From NCBI GenBank assembly GCA_964527565.1, contig CAZGOY010000001.1, forward strand, positions 66,495 to 130,494: a stretch of DNA of 64,000 bases. Direction: 5' to 3'. Numbering within the stretch: position 1 is the stretch's first letter; every line of letters begins with the position of its first letter. Source of the stretch: an uncultured Sulfuricella sp. Its GTDB lineage: Bacteria > Pseudomonadota > Gammaproteobacteria > Burkholderiales > Sulfuricellaceae. Position numbers and translations under genes: made by a program. Positions 16,711 through 26,503 of this stretch are shown piece by piece. The notes under the pieces were generated by a model. That model was not told the DNA's origin. It saw only the letters and a list, made by a program, of their open reading frames with translations, and made no database searches.

Positions 16711-18315
16711 GTGGCTGCGGCAAAATTCGAAGTACCGGCATTCAGAGAGTACCCCGTTCCCCCGGTAGTCAAGGAGGGGGCGGCGGCGCATCTCCAGTCG
16801 TTCCCCGCGTCCGCGCCGATCCAGGAAGCCATCGGCTTTCCCGGCCAACTGGTGGAAGACTGGCACGACAAGGCCATTGCCAAGATGGGCGAACTGCTCG
16901 GCAAATACCGCTCGCTCAAGGTGTTCATGGATGCCTGCGTGCATTGCGGCGCCTGCACCGACAAGTGCCATTACTTCATTGGCACCAACGACCCCAAGAA
17001 CATGCCGGTTGCCCGTCAGGAACTGATGCGCAAGGTTTATCGCCGCCATTTCACCTTCGCCGGCAAGTATTTTCCCGGCCTGGTCGGCGCCACCGACCTG
17101 ACTAAGGAGCTGCTGGACGATTGGTACAAGTATTACTACCAGTGCTCGGAATGCCGCCGCTGTTCGGTATTCTGCCCTTACGGCATCGACACCGCCGAAG
17201 TCACCATGGCCGGACGCGAAATTCTCGATTCTGTTGGCTACGGGCAGAAGTACACCAACGAAATCATGGGTAAGTTGCACCGCATAGGCAATAACCTGGG
17301 CCTGCCTGGACCGGCGCTGGAAGACACTCTGTCCGGTCTCGAAGAAGATATTTTCGATGACCTCGGCGTTCCGGTGAAGTTACCGATTGACGTTCAAGGC
17401 GCCGAAATCCTGCTGGTTACCCCGTCCGCCGACTTCTTCTCCGAGCCGCATGTGGAAAGCCTGATCGGCTACGCCAAGGTGTTCCATGCCGTCGGCGCTA
17501 GCTGGACCCTGAGTTCCACCGCCTCTGAAGCCGGCAATTTCGGCATGTTCATCGGTAGCTATGCCAACATGCGTCGTGCCGCACTGCGCATCCGTCAGGC
17601 CGCGCTGGAATTGGGCGTCAAACGCATCGTGGTCGGCGAGTGTGGGCACGCTTGGCGCGTCGCCTACAGTTTCTGGAATACCCTAACCGGCGTCGGTGCG
17701 GGCGGCGAGGACCCATTTTCCATCGAACTGCAAAAGCAGCTTGATCCGCGTTATCCGGCACCACAGCATATCTGCGAATACACTTACGACCTGATCCAGC
17801 AGGGCAAGCTCAAGTTCGACAAGAGCGCCAACGATCATCGCACCATCACCTTCCACGATTCGTGCAACGTGGCGCGCGGCTCGCGCATGGGCGACCTGCC
17901 CGGCGGCCAATTCGTCATCCCGCGCGCAATCATCAAGGCCGTGGCCAACAACTTCCACGACATGGCGCCGGAAACCATCGGCGAAGTTACTTTTTGCTGC
18001 GGCGGCGGCGGCGGTCTGCTGACCGACGACCTGATGGAGGTGCGCGTCAAGGGTGCGTTGCCGCGCATGGAAGCATTCAACAACGTGGTGCAGGAACACA
18101 AGGTCAACTTCCTGGCGCTGATTTGCGCTATCTGCAAGGCGCAGTTCACCAAGGTGGTGCCGTACTACGGATTCGACATGAGCATGGTCGGCGGGGTGCA
18201 CCAGCTGGTGGCCACCGCCATCGTGCTGGAGGTTCCCGAAGAGGAAGAGAATCAGGCTGAGGAAGAGAACGAGGCAGGCGAAGCAGTTACCGCCGGAAAA
18301 ATGGCCGAGGATTAA
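16711..18315 (+). CDS. dsrK: DsrK, HdrD-like iron-sulfur catalytic subunit
   Basis: 534 aa; ferredoxin-type cysteine motifs 'CVHCGACTDKC' and 'CSECRRCSVFCP'; CCG domain 'FCCGGGGG'. GTG start with AGGAG upstream. Confidence 0.9.
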   Translation: MAAAKFEVPAFREYPVPPVVKEGAAAHLQSFPASAPIQEAIGFPGQLVEDWHDKAIAKMGELLGKYRSLKVFMDACVHCGACTDKCHYFIGTNDPKNMPVARQELMRKVYRRHFTFAGKYFPGLVGATDLTKELLDDWYKYYYQCSECRRCSVFCPYGIDTAEVTMAGREILDSVGYGQKYTNEIMGKLHRIGNNLGLPGPALEDTLSGLEEDIFDDLGVPVKLPIDVQGAEILLVTPSADFFSEPHVESLIGYAKVFHAVGASWTLSSTASEAGNFGMFIGSYANMRRAALRIRQAALELGVKRIVVGECGHAWRVAYSFWNTLTGVGAGGEDPFSIELQKQLDPRYPAPQHICEYTYDLIQQGKLKFDKSANDHRTITFHDSCNVARGSRMGDLPGGQFVIPRAIIKAVANNFHDMAPETIGEVTFCCGGGGGLLTDDLMEVRVKGALPRMEAFNNVVQEHKVNFLALICAICKAQFTKVVPYYGFDMSMVGGVHQLVATAIVLEVPEEEENQAEEENEAGEAVTAGKMAED

Positions 18316-18386
18316 TTCAGGAAATTATTAGGTTGGGTGCGCCTCGCGAACCCAACGGCAACGCTGATTATTAAGGAGAGAAAGCA

Positions 18387-20405
18387 ATGTCCGTATCCCC
18401 CGATCAAATGAACAAGCCGGAAAATTTCAATTTTCGTCGCTACAAGGACGGCGCGACTCAATACCGTTCCTGGCAAGACAAGATTTTCGACGCAGGCTGG
18501 ACCCATAAGTGTCCTGAATACGTCCTAAGCACCCCGCCCTGTCAGGGCAGTTGCCCGGCGGGCGAGGACATTCGCGGCTATCTCAACATCGTGCGCGGTA
18601 TGGAAAAGCCGCCTGTCGGTGCCGACGGCAAGCCGTCCATGCCGTGGCAGGAATACGCCTGGCGCCGTTTGACGGAAGCCAACCCCTTTCCCTCGGTGAT
18701 GGGCCGTGTCTGCCCGGCGCCTTGCGAATCCGGTTGCAACCGTAACGAGCTGGAAGACCACGTCGGCATCAACTCGGTCGAGCACTTCCTTGGCGAATAC
18801 GCCATCAAGAACAACCTGAAATTCAGCCTGCCCGAAGGCGTACAGGCTTCCGGAAAGAAGGTCGCCATCATCGGTGGCGGCCCTGCCGGTCTGGCTTGCG
18901 CCTACCAATTGCGCAAGAAGGGCCATGCCGTAACCATTTTTGACGAGCATGAATTTCTCGGCGGCATGATGCGCTATGGCATCCCCGGCTTCCGTACCCC
19001 GCGCGACGTGCTTGATGCAGAAATTCAGCGCATTCTCGACCTCGGTGTGGAAGTCAAGCTGAAGGTCCATATCGGCAAGGACATTACCTTCGACCAGATC
19101 AAGAACGACTATGATGCCGTGTTTCTCGGTATGGGCGCCCAAGCCGGCAAACCGCTGCCGATTGACGGCTTTGATGCCCCCAACTGCGTCACCGCCATGG
19201 GCTTCCTGCGCGCCTTCAACGAGGGCCGCCTGAAGTATGTTGGCAAACGCGTAGTGGTTATCGGTGGTGGCGACACCTCCATCGACGTGGCGACGGTTGC
19301 GCGCCGTCTTGGTCATATCAAGGCGGTGCGCCCGACCGATCGTCCCGAGCACGTCATCGCCGGTCAGGTTGCCCATGACGTCGCTGAAGCTTCCGCCAAG
19401 GAAGGCGCCGAGGTCGTGCTGTGCTCCCGCGCTGCCGTTGAGAAGATGAACGCCAACAAGCACGAGATCGAAGAAGCGCTGGCCGAGGGCATCGAAATCC
19501 GCGGTGGCATCACCCCGGTTGCCGTGGTGAAGAACGCCGAAGGGCACGCCATCGCCTTGCGTGTTGCCAAGCTCGACGACAAGAATCAACCCATTCCCGG
19601 CAGCGAAACCGACATCGAAGCCGATCTGATCGTCTCCGCCATCGGCCAGGGCGTGGATTTCACCGGCCTGGAGCAATTCAACAACGGCAAGGGGCTGGTC
19701 AGCGCCGACAAGAACTACCAGGTTCCCGGTCAGAAGGGCGTGTTTGTCGGCGGCGACGTGCTGCGTCCGCACCTGCTGACCACCGCCATCGGCCACGGTT
19801 CCATCGCCGCCGACGGCATCGACCGTTTCCTCAAGAACGAGGACATCGGCAAGCGCCCGAAGGTTGACGTGCATTACTGGGATCTGCTGCGCAAGCAAAT
19901 CGAAACCGGCAAGGCACCAGAGGCCTTCCATACGCTGACCAAGGAAGAAGTCATCAAGGCCGAAGGCTCTGCCAAGGATATCGACCTGGGTGTGCGCGGT
20001 TCCGATACCGCCAAGTTCGCGGTGCATAACTTCGAAAACCGTTCGGAAAAATATGTGATTCCGCACAACGAGTTGTTCCTCGGTCACTTTACCTACAATC
20101 CGCGCAACGTCCGTGGCTTCACCATGCTGAATTCCGAGCAGGTGCTGGGCCACTTCGAGGAGCGTCTGGAAGCCTTGGACGACAAGCAGGCGGTGGCGGA
20201 AGCCAAGCGCTGCATGAGTTGCGGGCTGTGTTTCGAGTGCGACAATTGCGTTATTTATTGTCCGCAGACCGCCGTCAAGAAAACACCAAAGGCGCAGGCT
20301 ACCACCGGTCGTTACGTTTTTACCGACTACTCGCGCTGCATCGGTTGCCACATTTGTGCCGACGTGTGTCCGACCGGTTACATCAAGATGGGTTTGGGCG
20401 AGTAA
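18387..20405 (+). CDS. dsrL: DsrL, GltD-like NAD(P)H oxidoreductase with C-terminal ferredoxin domain
   Basis: 672 aa; 'VAIIGGGPAGLACAY' and 'VVVIGGGDTSIDVA' dinucleotide folds; C-terminal 'CMSCGLCFECDNCVIYCP' and 'CIGCHICADVCP'. Confidence 0.9.
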   Translation: MSVSPDQMNKPENFNFRRYKDGATQYRSWQDKIFDAGWTHKCPEYVLSTPPCQGSCPAGEDIRGYLNIVRGMEKPPVGADGKPSMPWQEYAWRRLTEANPFPSVMGRVCPAPCESGCNRNELEDHVGINSVEHFLGEYAIKNNLKFSLPEGVQASGKKVAIIGGGPAGLACAYQLRKKGHAVTIFDEHEFLGGMMRYGIPGFRTPRDVLDAEIQRILDLGVEVKLKVHIGKDITFDQIKNDYDAVFLGMGAQAGKPLPIDGFDAPNCVTAMGFLRAFNEGRLKYVGKRVVVIGGGDTSIDVATVARRLGHIKAVRPTDRPEHVIAGQVAHDVAEASAKEGAEVVLCSRAAVEKMNANKHEIEEALAEGIEIRGGITPVAVVKNAEGHAIALRVAKLDDKNQPIPGSETDIEADLIVSAIGQGVDFTGLEQFNNGKGLVSADKNYQVPGQKGVFVGGDVLRPHLLTTAIGHGSIAADGIDRFLKNEDIGKRPKVDVHYWDLLRKQIETGKAPEAFHTLTKEEVIKAEGSAKDIDLGVRGSDTAKFAVHNFENRSEKYVIPHNELFLGHFTYNPRNVRGFTMLNSEQVLGHFEERLEALDDKQAVAEAKRCMSCGLCFECDNCVIYCPQTAVKKTPKAQATTGRYVFTDYSRCIGCHICADVCPTGYIKMGLGE

Positions 20406-20411
20406 ACCACG

Positions 20412-20897
20412 ATGAACAATCCAGCAAGCTTCTGCTATTGGAAAAACGTGCTGAAATGGTTGGGCACCGTCCTCGCGGCGGCCGTCCTGCTGGCTGGCAC
20501 GCCTCTGGCCGGCGCGGGTGAGCGCAAGTTCGACGCCAAGGGCGAGCAGTGCGTGCGCGATGCCGAGTACATGCGCCGCAACCACATGGACCTGCTCAAG
20601 CATCAGCGTGACGACACCATGCGTCGCGGCATCCGCACCACGCAAAACAGTCTGAAGGGTTGCGTCGATTGTCACGCCAGCCCGAAGAACAATAGCGTGA
20701 TTGGCAGCAAGGACAACTTCTGCCAGGGATGCCACAGCTACGCAGCCGTCAAGCTGGATTGCTTTGAGTGCCACTCCAGCAAGCCTAAGGCTGCCGCACC
20801 CCACAATCACGGCTTGGCACCCCTGCCTGGCGTGGCCGGGCAAATGCAGGCCACCATGGCTGAACCTGCCGCCAACTCTGTCGAGGGAAGCAAATGA
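20412..20897 (+). CDS. dsrJ: DsrJ, periplasmic trihaem cytochrome c
   Basis: 161 aa; N-terminal hydrophobic anchor; three CxxCH motifs (CVDCH, CQGCH, CFECH). Confidence 0.9.
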   Translation: MNNPASFCYWKNVLKWLGTVLAAAVLLAGTPLAGAGERKFDAKGEQCVRDAEYMRRNHMDLLKHQRDDTMRRGIRTTQNSLKGCVDCHASPKNNSVIGSKDNFCQGCHSYAAVKLDCFECHSSKPKAAAPHNHGLAPLPGVAGQMQATMAEPAANSVEGSK

Positions 20898-21631
20898 GCG
20901 ACATGGATAAAAACCGCAGGCAACTGATCGGAGTCGGCGTTGCCGCAGCCGCAGGGCTGGTCATTGCACCCGGCGTAACCTTGCTTGACCTGGCTCATGC
21001 GCGTCCCGCCGATCAGGCGGCGGACGCATCCAAACGTTGGGGGCTGCTGGTGGATACCAGCAAATGCGCTACCGGTTGTACTGATTGCGTGAGCGCCTGC
21101 CATAGTGAAAACGGTATCGCTTCCACAGGTCGGCCGGAAACCGACGCGCAGTGGATACGCAAGATCGAATTGAAGGAAATCAAGAGCGGGCGTACCCATT
21201 CCCTGCCGATGATGTGTCAGCACTGTGCCGAGCCGCCGTGCGTGGACGTGTGCCCTACCGGCGCCTCGTTTAAGCGTGCCGACGGCATCGTGCTGGTCGA
21301 CCGTCACATCTGCATCGGCTGCCGCTACTGCATGATGGCCTGTCCGTATAAGGCGCGTTCCTTCGTGCACGAAGAGACCACCGACCAGAATCCGGACGTG
21401 CCGAGAGGTAAGGGATGCGTCGAAGGTTGCACCCTGTGCGTGCATCGTATCGACCAGGATCAATTGCCGGCTTGCGTGGAGGCCTGCAAGGCGGCGGGCC
21501 ACGAAGCCATCCTGTTCGGGGATCTCAATGATCCGCAGAGCGAGATCGCCAAGCGTATCGCCACTTACGCCACCAAACAGGTGCGCGCCGACCTCAACCT
21601 GAACACCGGCGTGCGTTACCAGGGGATTTGA
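20894..21631 (+). CDS. dsrO: DsrO, Tat-exported 4Fe-4S ferredoxin-like subunit
   Basis: 245 aa; twin-arginine motif 'NRRQLIGVG'; several CxxCxxC clusters; start overlaps the dsrJ stop. Confidence 0.9.
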   Translation: MSDMDKNRRQLIGVGVAAAAGLVIAPGVTLLDLAHARPADQAADASKRWGLLVDTSKCATGCTDCVSACHSENGIASTGRPETDAQWIRKIELKEIKSGRTHSLPMMCQHCAEPPCVDVCPTGASFKRADGIVLVDRHICIGCRYCMMACPYKARSFVHEETTDQNPDVPRGKGCVEGCTLCVHRIDQDQLPACVEACKAAGHEAILFGDLNDPQSEIAKRIATYATKQVRADLNLNTGVRYQGI

Positions 21632-21636
21632 CGGCC

Positions 21637-22845
21637 ATGAACTTTGAAAAATTTCATCACATTGAAGAGCGTGTTTTTTATGCGTTGGTGGGCATTCTCG
21701 GCCTGACCGTCCTGCTCGGAGCCGGTGCTTGGCACTACATGGAAGAGCATGGTCACGTCGTCACCGGCATGAGCAACCAGATCGTCTGGGGCCTGCCACA
21801 CGTATTCGCGATTTTTTTGATCGTCGCCGCCTCCGGTGTGCTCAACGTGGCCTCCATCGGCTCGGTGTTCGGCAAGACGGTTTACAAGGCGCGCGCACCG
21901 CTTTCCGGCCTGCTGGCGCTGGCCATGCTGGGCGGCGGCCTGGCGACCCTGATGCTCGACCTGGGGCGCTCCGACCGGCTGATTATCGCGGCCACGCATT
22001 TCAACCCGACGTCGATCTTCGCCTGGAACATCATTCTCTACTCCGGTTTCTTCGGTATCGTCGCCGCCTACCTGTGGACCATGATGGAACGGCGCATGAA
22101 CAAGTACTCCAAGTACGCGGGTTTCTCCGCCTTCATCTGGCGCCTGATTCTCACCACCGGTACCGGTTCCATCTTCGGTTTCCTGGTGGCGCGCCAGGCC
22201 TACGATTCGGCCTTGCTGGCGCCGATGTTCATCGTCATGTCGTTCTCCTGGGGGCTGGCGGTTTTCATCGTGGTGCAATCCGTGATGTACCGCTGGAACG
22301 GACTGCAACTGGATCCGGCGGTGATGCGCCGCATGAAGAACCTGCTGGCGGTGTTCGTTTCCGCCGTACTGTATTTCACGCTGGTCTATCACATGACCAA
22401 CCTGTACTTCGCCAAGCAGCATGATTTCGAGCGTTTCATTCTGCTCGACGGCGGGGTCTACACCACCCTGTTCTGGTTCGGCCAGATCATCGTCGGCAGC
22501 CTGATCCCGCTGGCGATCCTGTTCCACCCGCAGTTGAGCATGCGCTGCGGTGCGGTGATGAGTTCCGCGCTGATGATTATTTTCGGGGGGTTCTGCCAAC
22601 TCTACGTGTTCATCATCGGCGGCCAGGCTTTTCCGCTCAATCTGTTCCCCGGTTATGAGGCGACCAGCAGCTTCTTCGACGGGCGCATGCCGCATTCATA
22701 CAGCCCCAGCATGCCGGAATTCCTGCTTGGGCTGGGCGGCGTCGGCGTCGCCTTCCTTATCGTCGCGGTAGCGGTGCGCGTGCTGCAATTTATGCCGCAG
22801 GATGATTTCAGTCACCTGCCCAAAGCCAGCAACATCACCGACTAA
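21637..22845 (+). CDS. dsrP: DsrP, NrfD/PsrC-like integral membrane subunit
   Basis: About 400 aa polytopic membrane protein at the dsrP position. ATG 21637 is preferred over TTG 21628. Confidence 0.9.
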   Translation: MNFEKFHHIEERVFYALVGILGLTVLLGAGAWHYMEEHGHVVTGMSNQIVWGLPHVFAIFLIVAASGVLNVASIGSVFGKTVYKARAPLSGLLALAMLGGGLATLMLDLGRSDRLIIAATHFNPTSIFAWNIILYSGFFGIVAAYLWTMMERRMNKYSKYAGFSAFIWRLILTTGTGSIFGFLVARQAYDSALLAPMFIVMSFSWGLAVFIVVQSVMYRWNGLQLDPAVMRRMKNLLAVFVSAVLYFTLVYHMTNLYFAKQHDFERFILLDGGVYTTLFWFGQIIVGSLIPLAILFHPQLSMRCGAVMSSALMIIFGGFCQLYVFIIGGQAFPLNLFPGYEATSSFFDGRMPHSYSPSMPEFLLGLGGVGVAFLIVAVAVRVLQFMPQDDFSHLPKASNITD

Positions 22846-22856
22846 GCTCGGCACAT

Positions 22857-22919
22857 TGTAGGAGCGACCTCCAGGTCGCGAAGGGTCGCGGAATTCGCGA
22901 CCTGGAGGCCGCTCCTACA
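22857..22919. repeat. REP-like imperfect palindrome (GTAGG head), probably also the terminator after dsrP
   Basis: tgtaggagcgacctccaggtcgcgaa (22857-22882) and ttcgcgacctggaggccgctcctaca (22894-22919) form a near-perfect 26-bp inverted repeat 12 nt after the dsrP stop. Confidence 0.6.
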
Positions 22920-22937
22920 TCTCTGTTCCTACCCCCC

Positions 22938-24332
22938 ATGTCCCGCATCCTGATTTCCGCTGCGCATAAATCCTCCGGTAAAACCACCGTCAGCATCGGC
23001 CTGTGTGCAGCGCTCAGGCAGCGTGGACAAACCGTGCAGCCCTTCAAGAAAGGGCCTGACTACATCGACCCGATGTGGCTGTCCACCGCCAGCGGGCGCG
23101 CCTGCCGCAACCTCGATTTTTACCTGATGAGCGGCGACGAGATCGTCGGAAACTTCGTCCGCCACTCCGCCGGGGCCGACTTCAGCCTGATAGAGGGCAA
23201 CAAAGGACTGTATGACGGCCTGAATCTCGACGGAAGCAACAGCAACGCAGCGCTGGCTACCTTGTTGCAGGCTCCCGTGGTATTGGTCATCGACGCGCGC
23301 GGCATGACGCGCGGCATCGCACCGTTGATACTGGGCTACCAGGCTTTCGACCCGGATATCCGCATTGCCGGGGTCATCCTCAACCGGCTGGGCGGTGCGC
23401 GCCACGAAAGCAAGCTGCGCGCAGTGATCGAACATTACACCGACGTGCCGGTGATCGGTGCCGTGCATCACGACCCGCACCTGGAGATCGTCGAACGCCA
23501 TTTGGGGCTGATACCCAGCAACGAAGCCGCGGCAGCGCGCCAGCGCACTGCGGAAATCGGCGCCTTGGTCGGCGCCCAGGTCGATCTGGACAGCTTGTTG
23601 CAGGTCGGGCGCGCTGCCCCGGCCTTGCCGCCAATAAGTGACGCTTCCACAGAAACTTTTTCTGCGTCCGACTTGCCGAAGGTGAGGGTGGGGCTGGTGC
23701 GCGACCGGGCCTTCGGTTTTTATTACGCCGATGATCTGGACGCGCTGGAACAGGCCGGCGCCGAGCTGGTGCTGCTGGATGCCACGCTGGACACCCGCCT
23801 GCCGCCGCTGGATGGCCTGTTCATCGGCGGCGGTTTTCCCGAATTGCTGATGGACGAACTGGAAGCCAACGCGCCGTTGCGCGCGCAACTGCGAGACGCC
23901 ATCGAGAACGGGCTGCCGGTGTACGCGGAATGCGGCGGCCTGATGTATCTGGCGCGCAGCCTGACCTGGCGCGGCAAGACGCGCCAGATGGTTGGCGCGA
24001 TTCCCGGCGACGTGGTGATGCACGACAAGCCGGTGGGGCGGGGTTACGTGCGCCTGCGCGAGACCGCGGCGCATCCTTGGCCGGACGGCGGCATTGGGGC
24101 GCAAAGGCTGGCGCACGAGTTTCATTATTCGAGCCTGGAAAACCTGCCGGACGGCATGGCCTATGCCTACGAAGTGGAACGCGGCACCGGCATCGACGGC
24201 AAGTACGACGGGCTGGTCTACAAGAACCTGCTGGCCTCCTATGCGCATTTTCGCAGCCTGCAGGGCTATAACTGGGCGCGCCGCTTCATCGCCCACGTGC
24301 GTCGCGTGCTTCGGCAACAGCAAACGAATTAA
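22938..24332 (+). CDS. dsrN: DsrN, cobyrinate a,c-diamide synthase-like sirohaem amidase
   Basis: 464 aa; CbiA/CobB family features ('SAAHKSSGKTTVS' P-loop, C-terminal GATase 'ECGGLMYL'); dsr context. Confidence 0.9.
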   Translation: MSRILISAAHKSSGKTTVSIGLCAALRQRGQTVQPFKKGPDYIDPMWLSTASGRACRNLDFYLMSGDEIVGNFVRHSAGADFSLIEGNKGLYDGLNLDGSNSNAALATLLQAPVVLVIDARGMTRGIAPLILGYQAFDPDIRIAGVILNRLGGARHESKLRAVIEHYTDVPVIGAVHHDPHLEIVERHLGLIPSNEAAAARQRTAEIGALVGAQVDLDSLLQVGRAAPALPPISDASTETFSASDLPKVRVGLVRDRAFGFYYADDLDALEQAGAELVLLDATLDTRLPPLDGLFIGGGFPELLMDELEANAPLRAQLRDAIENGLPVYAECGGLMYLARSLTWRGKTRQMVGAIPGDVVMHDKPVGRGYVRLRETAAHPWPDGGIGAQRLAHEFHYSSLENLPDGMAYAYEVERGTGIDGKYDGLVYKNLLASYAHFRSLQGYNWARRFIAHVRRVLRQQQTN

Positions 24333-24356
24333 TCCATTTTTGACAAGGAGAACACC

Positions 24357-24716
24357 ATGATTACAGTGACTACCGAGGCTGCCGCGCAAATCCGCGAGGC
24401 CGCCGCGCAGAACGATGCCGAAGGCCTGGCGTTGCGTATAGCCGCGCGCCGCGAATTCGACGGCTCCATCCAGTACGGCATGGGCTTCGACGACATCAAG
24501 GAAGACGACACCTGCATTGACAGCGAAGGCGTCAAGGTGCTGGTCGCTCCCGCGCACCAGGAATTGCTGAGTGGTTCCACCCTGGATTTCGTGGAAATGC
24601 AGCCGGGCGACTTCCGCTTTATCTTCATCAACCCCAACGACACCGGCAGCTCCTGTAGCACCGGCAACAGCAGTGGCGGTAGTGGCTGCGGCGGCTGCGG
24701 CGGTGGTTGCCACTAA
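24357..24716 (+). CDS. dsrR: DsrR, IscA/HesB-like protein with an unusual Cys/Gly-rich C-terminal tail
   Basis: 119 aa; A-type carrier fold ('ITVTTEAAAQIREA', 'LRIAARRE..GSIQYGMGF', 'FIFINPN'); ends 'SSCSTGNSSGGSGCGGCGGGCH'; last gene of the dsr string. Confidence 0.7.
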   Translation: MITVTTEAAAQIREAAAQNDAEGLALRIAARREFDGSIQYGMGFDDIKEDDTCIDSEGVKVLVAPAHQELLSGSTLDFVEMQPGDFRFIFINPNDTGSSCSTGNSSGGSGCGGCGGGCH

Positions 24717-24746
24717 GGTGGCGCCGCAACGGGGACAGCAGTCATC

Positions 24747-25721
24747 ATGACCACGATTGCCCTCACCGCCGGTGAACCTGCCGGCATCGGCCCCGACCTG
24801 TGCGTGATGCTGGCGCAACACACCCAGGCGGCGCGCGTGGCGGTGCTGGCCGACCGGACACTGCTGGCGGCGCGCGCCGCGCAACTCGGCTTGCCGCTGT
24901 CCGTGTCGGAGTGGCGCGGCAGGAACAGCCAGCCCCCCCCGCCCGGCACACTGGAGGTGCTGCATCATCCACTCGCTGCGCCGGTAACGCCGGGCAAACT
25001 GGACCCGGCCAACAGCCGCTACGTGCTGGATACCCTGACCAGCGCCGCGCGCGGCTGCCTTGACGGCAGTTTCGATGCCATCGTTACTGCGCCGGTACAC
25101 AAAGGCGTGATCAACGATGCCGGGATACCCTTCACCGGGCACACCGAATTCTTCGCCGAACTGACCGGAACAAAGCTGGTGGTGATGATGCTGGTCGGCG
25201 GCGGCATGCGCGTGGCGCTGGCGACCACGCATTTGCCGTTGAAGGACGTGGCCGCCGCCATCACGCGCGATAGCCTGACCCGCGTCATCCGCATCCTCAA
25301 TCGCGACCTGGTGACGCGCTTCCGTCTGCCCGGCCCGCGTATCTTGGTGGCGGGGCTCAACCCGCACGCGGGCGAGGGTGGCCACCTCGGACGTGAGGAG
25401 ATCGAAGTCATCACCCCGGTGCTGGAAGCCCTGCGCAATGAGGGCATGAACCTGGAAGGGCCGCTGCCCGCCGATACCCTGTTCAACAAGGAATATCTGG
25501 AGCATGCGGATGCCGTGCTGGCCATGTATCACGACCAGGGCCTGCCGGTGCTCAAGCACGCCAGCTTCGGCAGCGGCGTCAACGTCACGCTGGGCATGCC
25601 CATCATCCGCACCTCGGTCGATCACGGCACCGCGCTGAGCCTGGCGGGAAGCGGCAAGATCGAGGCGGGCAGCCTGCGCGCCGCATTGCAACTCGCCATC
25701 GAACTGGCCGCTGCGGAATGA
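24747..25721 (+). CDS. pdxA: 4-hydroxythreonine-4-phosphate dehydrogenase
   Basis: 324 aa; '[13 protein letters not shown]', '[10 protein letters not shown]', 'TSVDHGTA' motifs. Confidence 0.9.
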   Translation: MTTIALTAGEPAGIGPDLCVMLAQHTQAARVAVLADRTLLAARAAQLGLPLSVSEWRGRNSQPPPPGTLEVLHHPLAAPVTPGKLDPANSRYVLDTLTSAARGCLDGSFDAIVTAPVHKGVINDAGIPFTGHTEFFAELTGTKLVVMMLVGGGMRVALATTHLPLKDVAAAITRDSLTRVIRILNRDLVTRFRLPGPRILVAGLNPHAGEGGHLGREEIEVITPVLEALRNEGMNLEGPLPADTLFNKEYLEHADAVLAMYHDQGLPVLKHASFGSGVNVTLGMPIIRTSVDHGTALSLAGSGKIEAGSLRAALQLAIELAAAE

Positions 25722-26503
25722 GGCCCACACCCGCGCAGGGGCACACCCCGCGCAAGCGTTTCGGGCAGAATTTCCTCACCGACCAGTCAGTCATCGGCGA
25801 CTGCATGGCCGCCATCCATGCCCGGCGCGGCGACAAGCTGGTCGAAATCGGCCCCGGCCTGGGGGCGCTCACCCAGCCGCTGCTGCGCGCGCTCGATCAC
25901 CTGCACGTGGTGGAAATCGACCGCGACATCATCGCCCGCCTGCAACGCGACTATCCGCCGGAAAATCTCACTGTTCATGCCGGCGACGCGCTGAAATTCG
26001 ATTTCGCGAGCCTCGGCCAGCCGCTGCGCGTGGTCGGCAACTTACCCTACAATATTTCCACGCCGCTCCTCTTCCACCTTGCCGCGTACGCCTCCGGCAT
26101 TACCGATTGCCACTTCATGCTGCAAAAGGAGGTTGTCGAACGCATGGTGGCCGCGCCCGGCACCCCGGCCTACGGGCGGCTTTCCGTGATGCTGCAATTC
26201 CGCTTCGCCATGGAATATCTGTTTACCGTGCCGGGCGACGCCTTCAATCCGCCGCCCAAGGTGGAATCGGCTTTTGTGCGCATGATCCCGCTCGACCCCC
26301 TGCCGTACCCGGTGGAAGACCAGGCGCGTTTTGCGCACGTCGTTACCGCCGCATTCGCCCAGCGCCGCAAAACGCTACGCAACACCCTGCGCGACATTCT
26401 GGCGCCGCAGGACTTTGCCGCGCTGGGCATCGACCCCGGTTTGCGCGGCGAAACGCTGGGCGTGGCGGAATTTGCGGCAATCGCCAATTACCGGCCCTCA
26501 TGA
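25718..26503 (+). CDS. rsmA: 16S rRNA (adenine1518/1519-N6)-dimethyltransferase
   Basis: 261 aa; 'KRFGQNFL', '[11 protein letters not shown]', '[12 protein letters not shown]'; ATGA overlap with pdxA. Confidence 0.9.
   Translation: MRPTPAQGHTPRKRFGQNFLTDQSVIGDCMAAIHARRGDKLVEIGPGLGALTQPLLRALDHLHVVEIDRDIIARLQRDYPPENLTVHAGDALKFDFASLGQPLRVVGNLPYNISTPLLFHLAAYASGITDCHFMLQKEVVERMVAAPGTPAYGRLSVMLQFRFAMEYLFTVPGDAFNPPPKVESAFVRMIPLDPLPYPVEDQARFAHVVTAAFAQRRKTLRNTLRDILAPQDFAALGIDPGLRGETLGVAEFAAIANYRPS

Noticed and set aside
18525-20843. 772-aa ORF antisense to dsrL-dsrJ
   Set aside because: Same reasoning. The sense strand carries unambiguous DsrL and DsrJ motifs.
24640-24716. GGC/GGT-rich microsatellite-like stretch at the end of dsrR considered as a tandem repeat or contingency locus
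   Set aside because: The repeat units are irregular (agc ggc ggt agt ggc tgc ggc ggc tgc ggc ggt ggt tgc) and in frame. It is better described as a low-complexity coding tail and is reported under DsrR.
22929-25730. 933-aa ORF antisense to dsrN-dsrR-pdxA
   Set aside because: It crosses three well-supported sense genes and intergenic spacers, and no family features are present.
26107-26499. N-terminal extensions of listed ORFs (26107-27453; also 54356-56161, 1674-2570, 32989-34173, 43680-46550)
   Set aside because: The extensions overlap the preceding, well-supported gene in another frame. Internal ATG/GTG starts give the family-typical N-termini, often with a 4-bp start/stop overlap.
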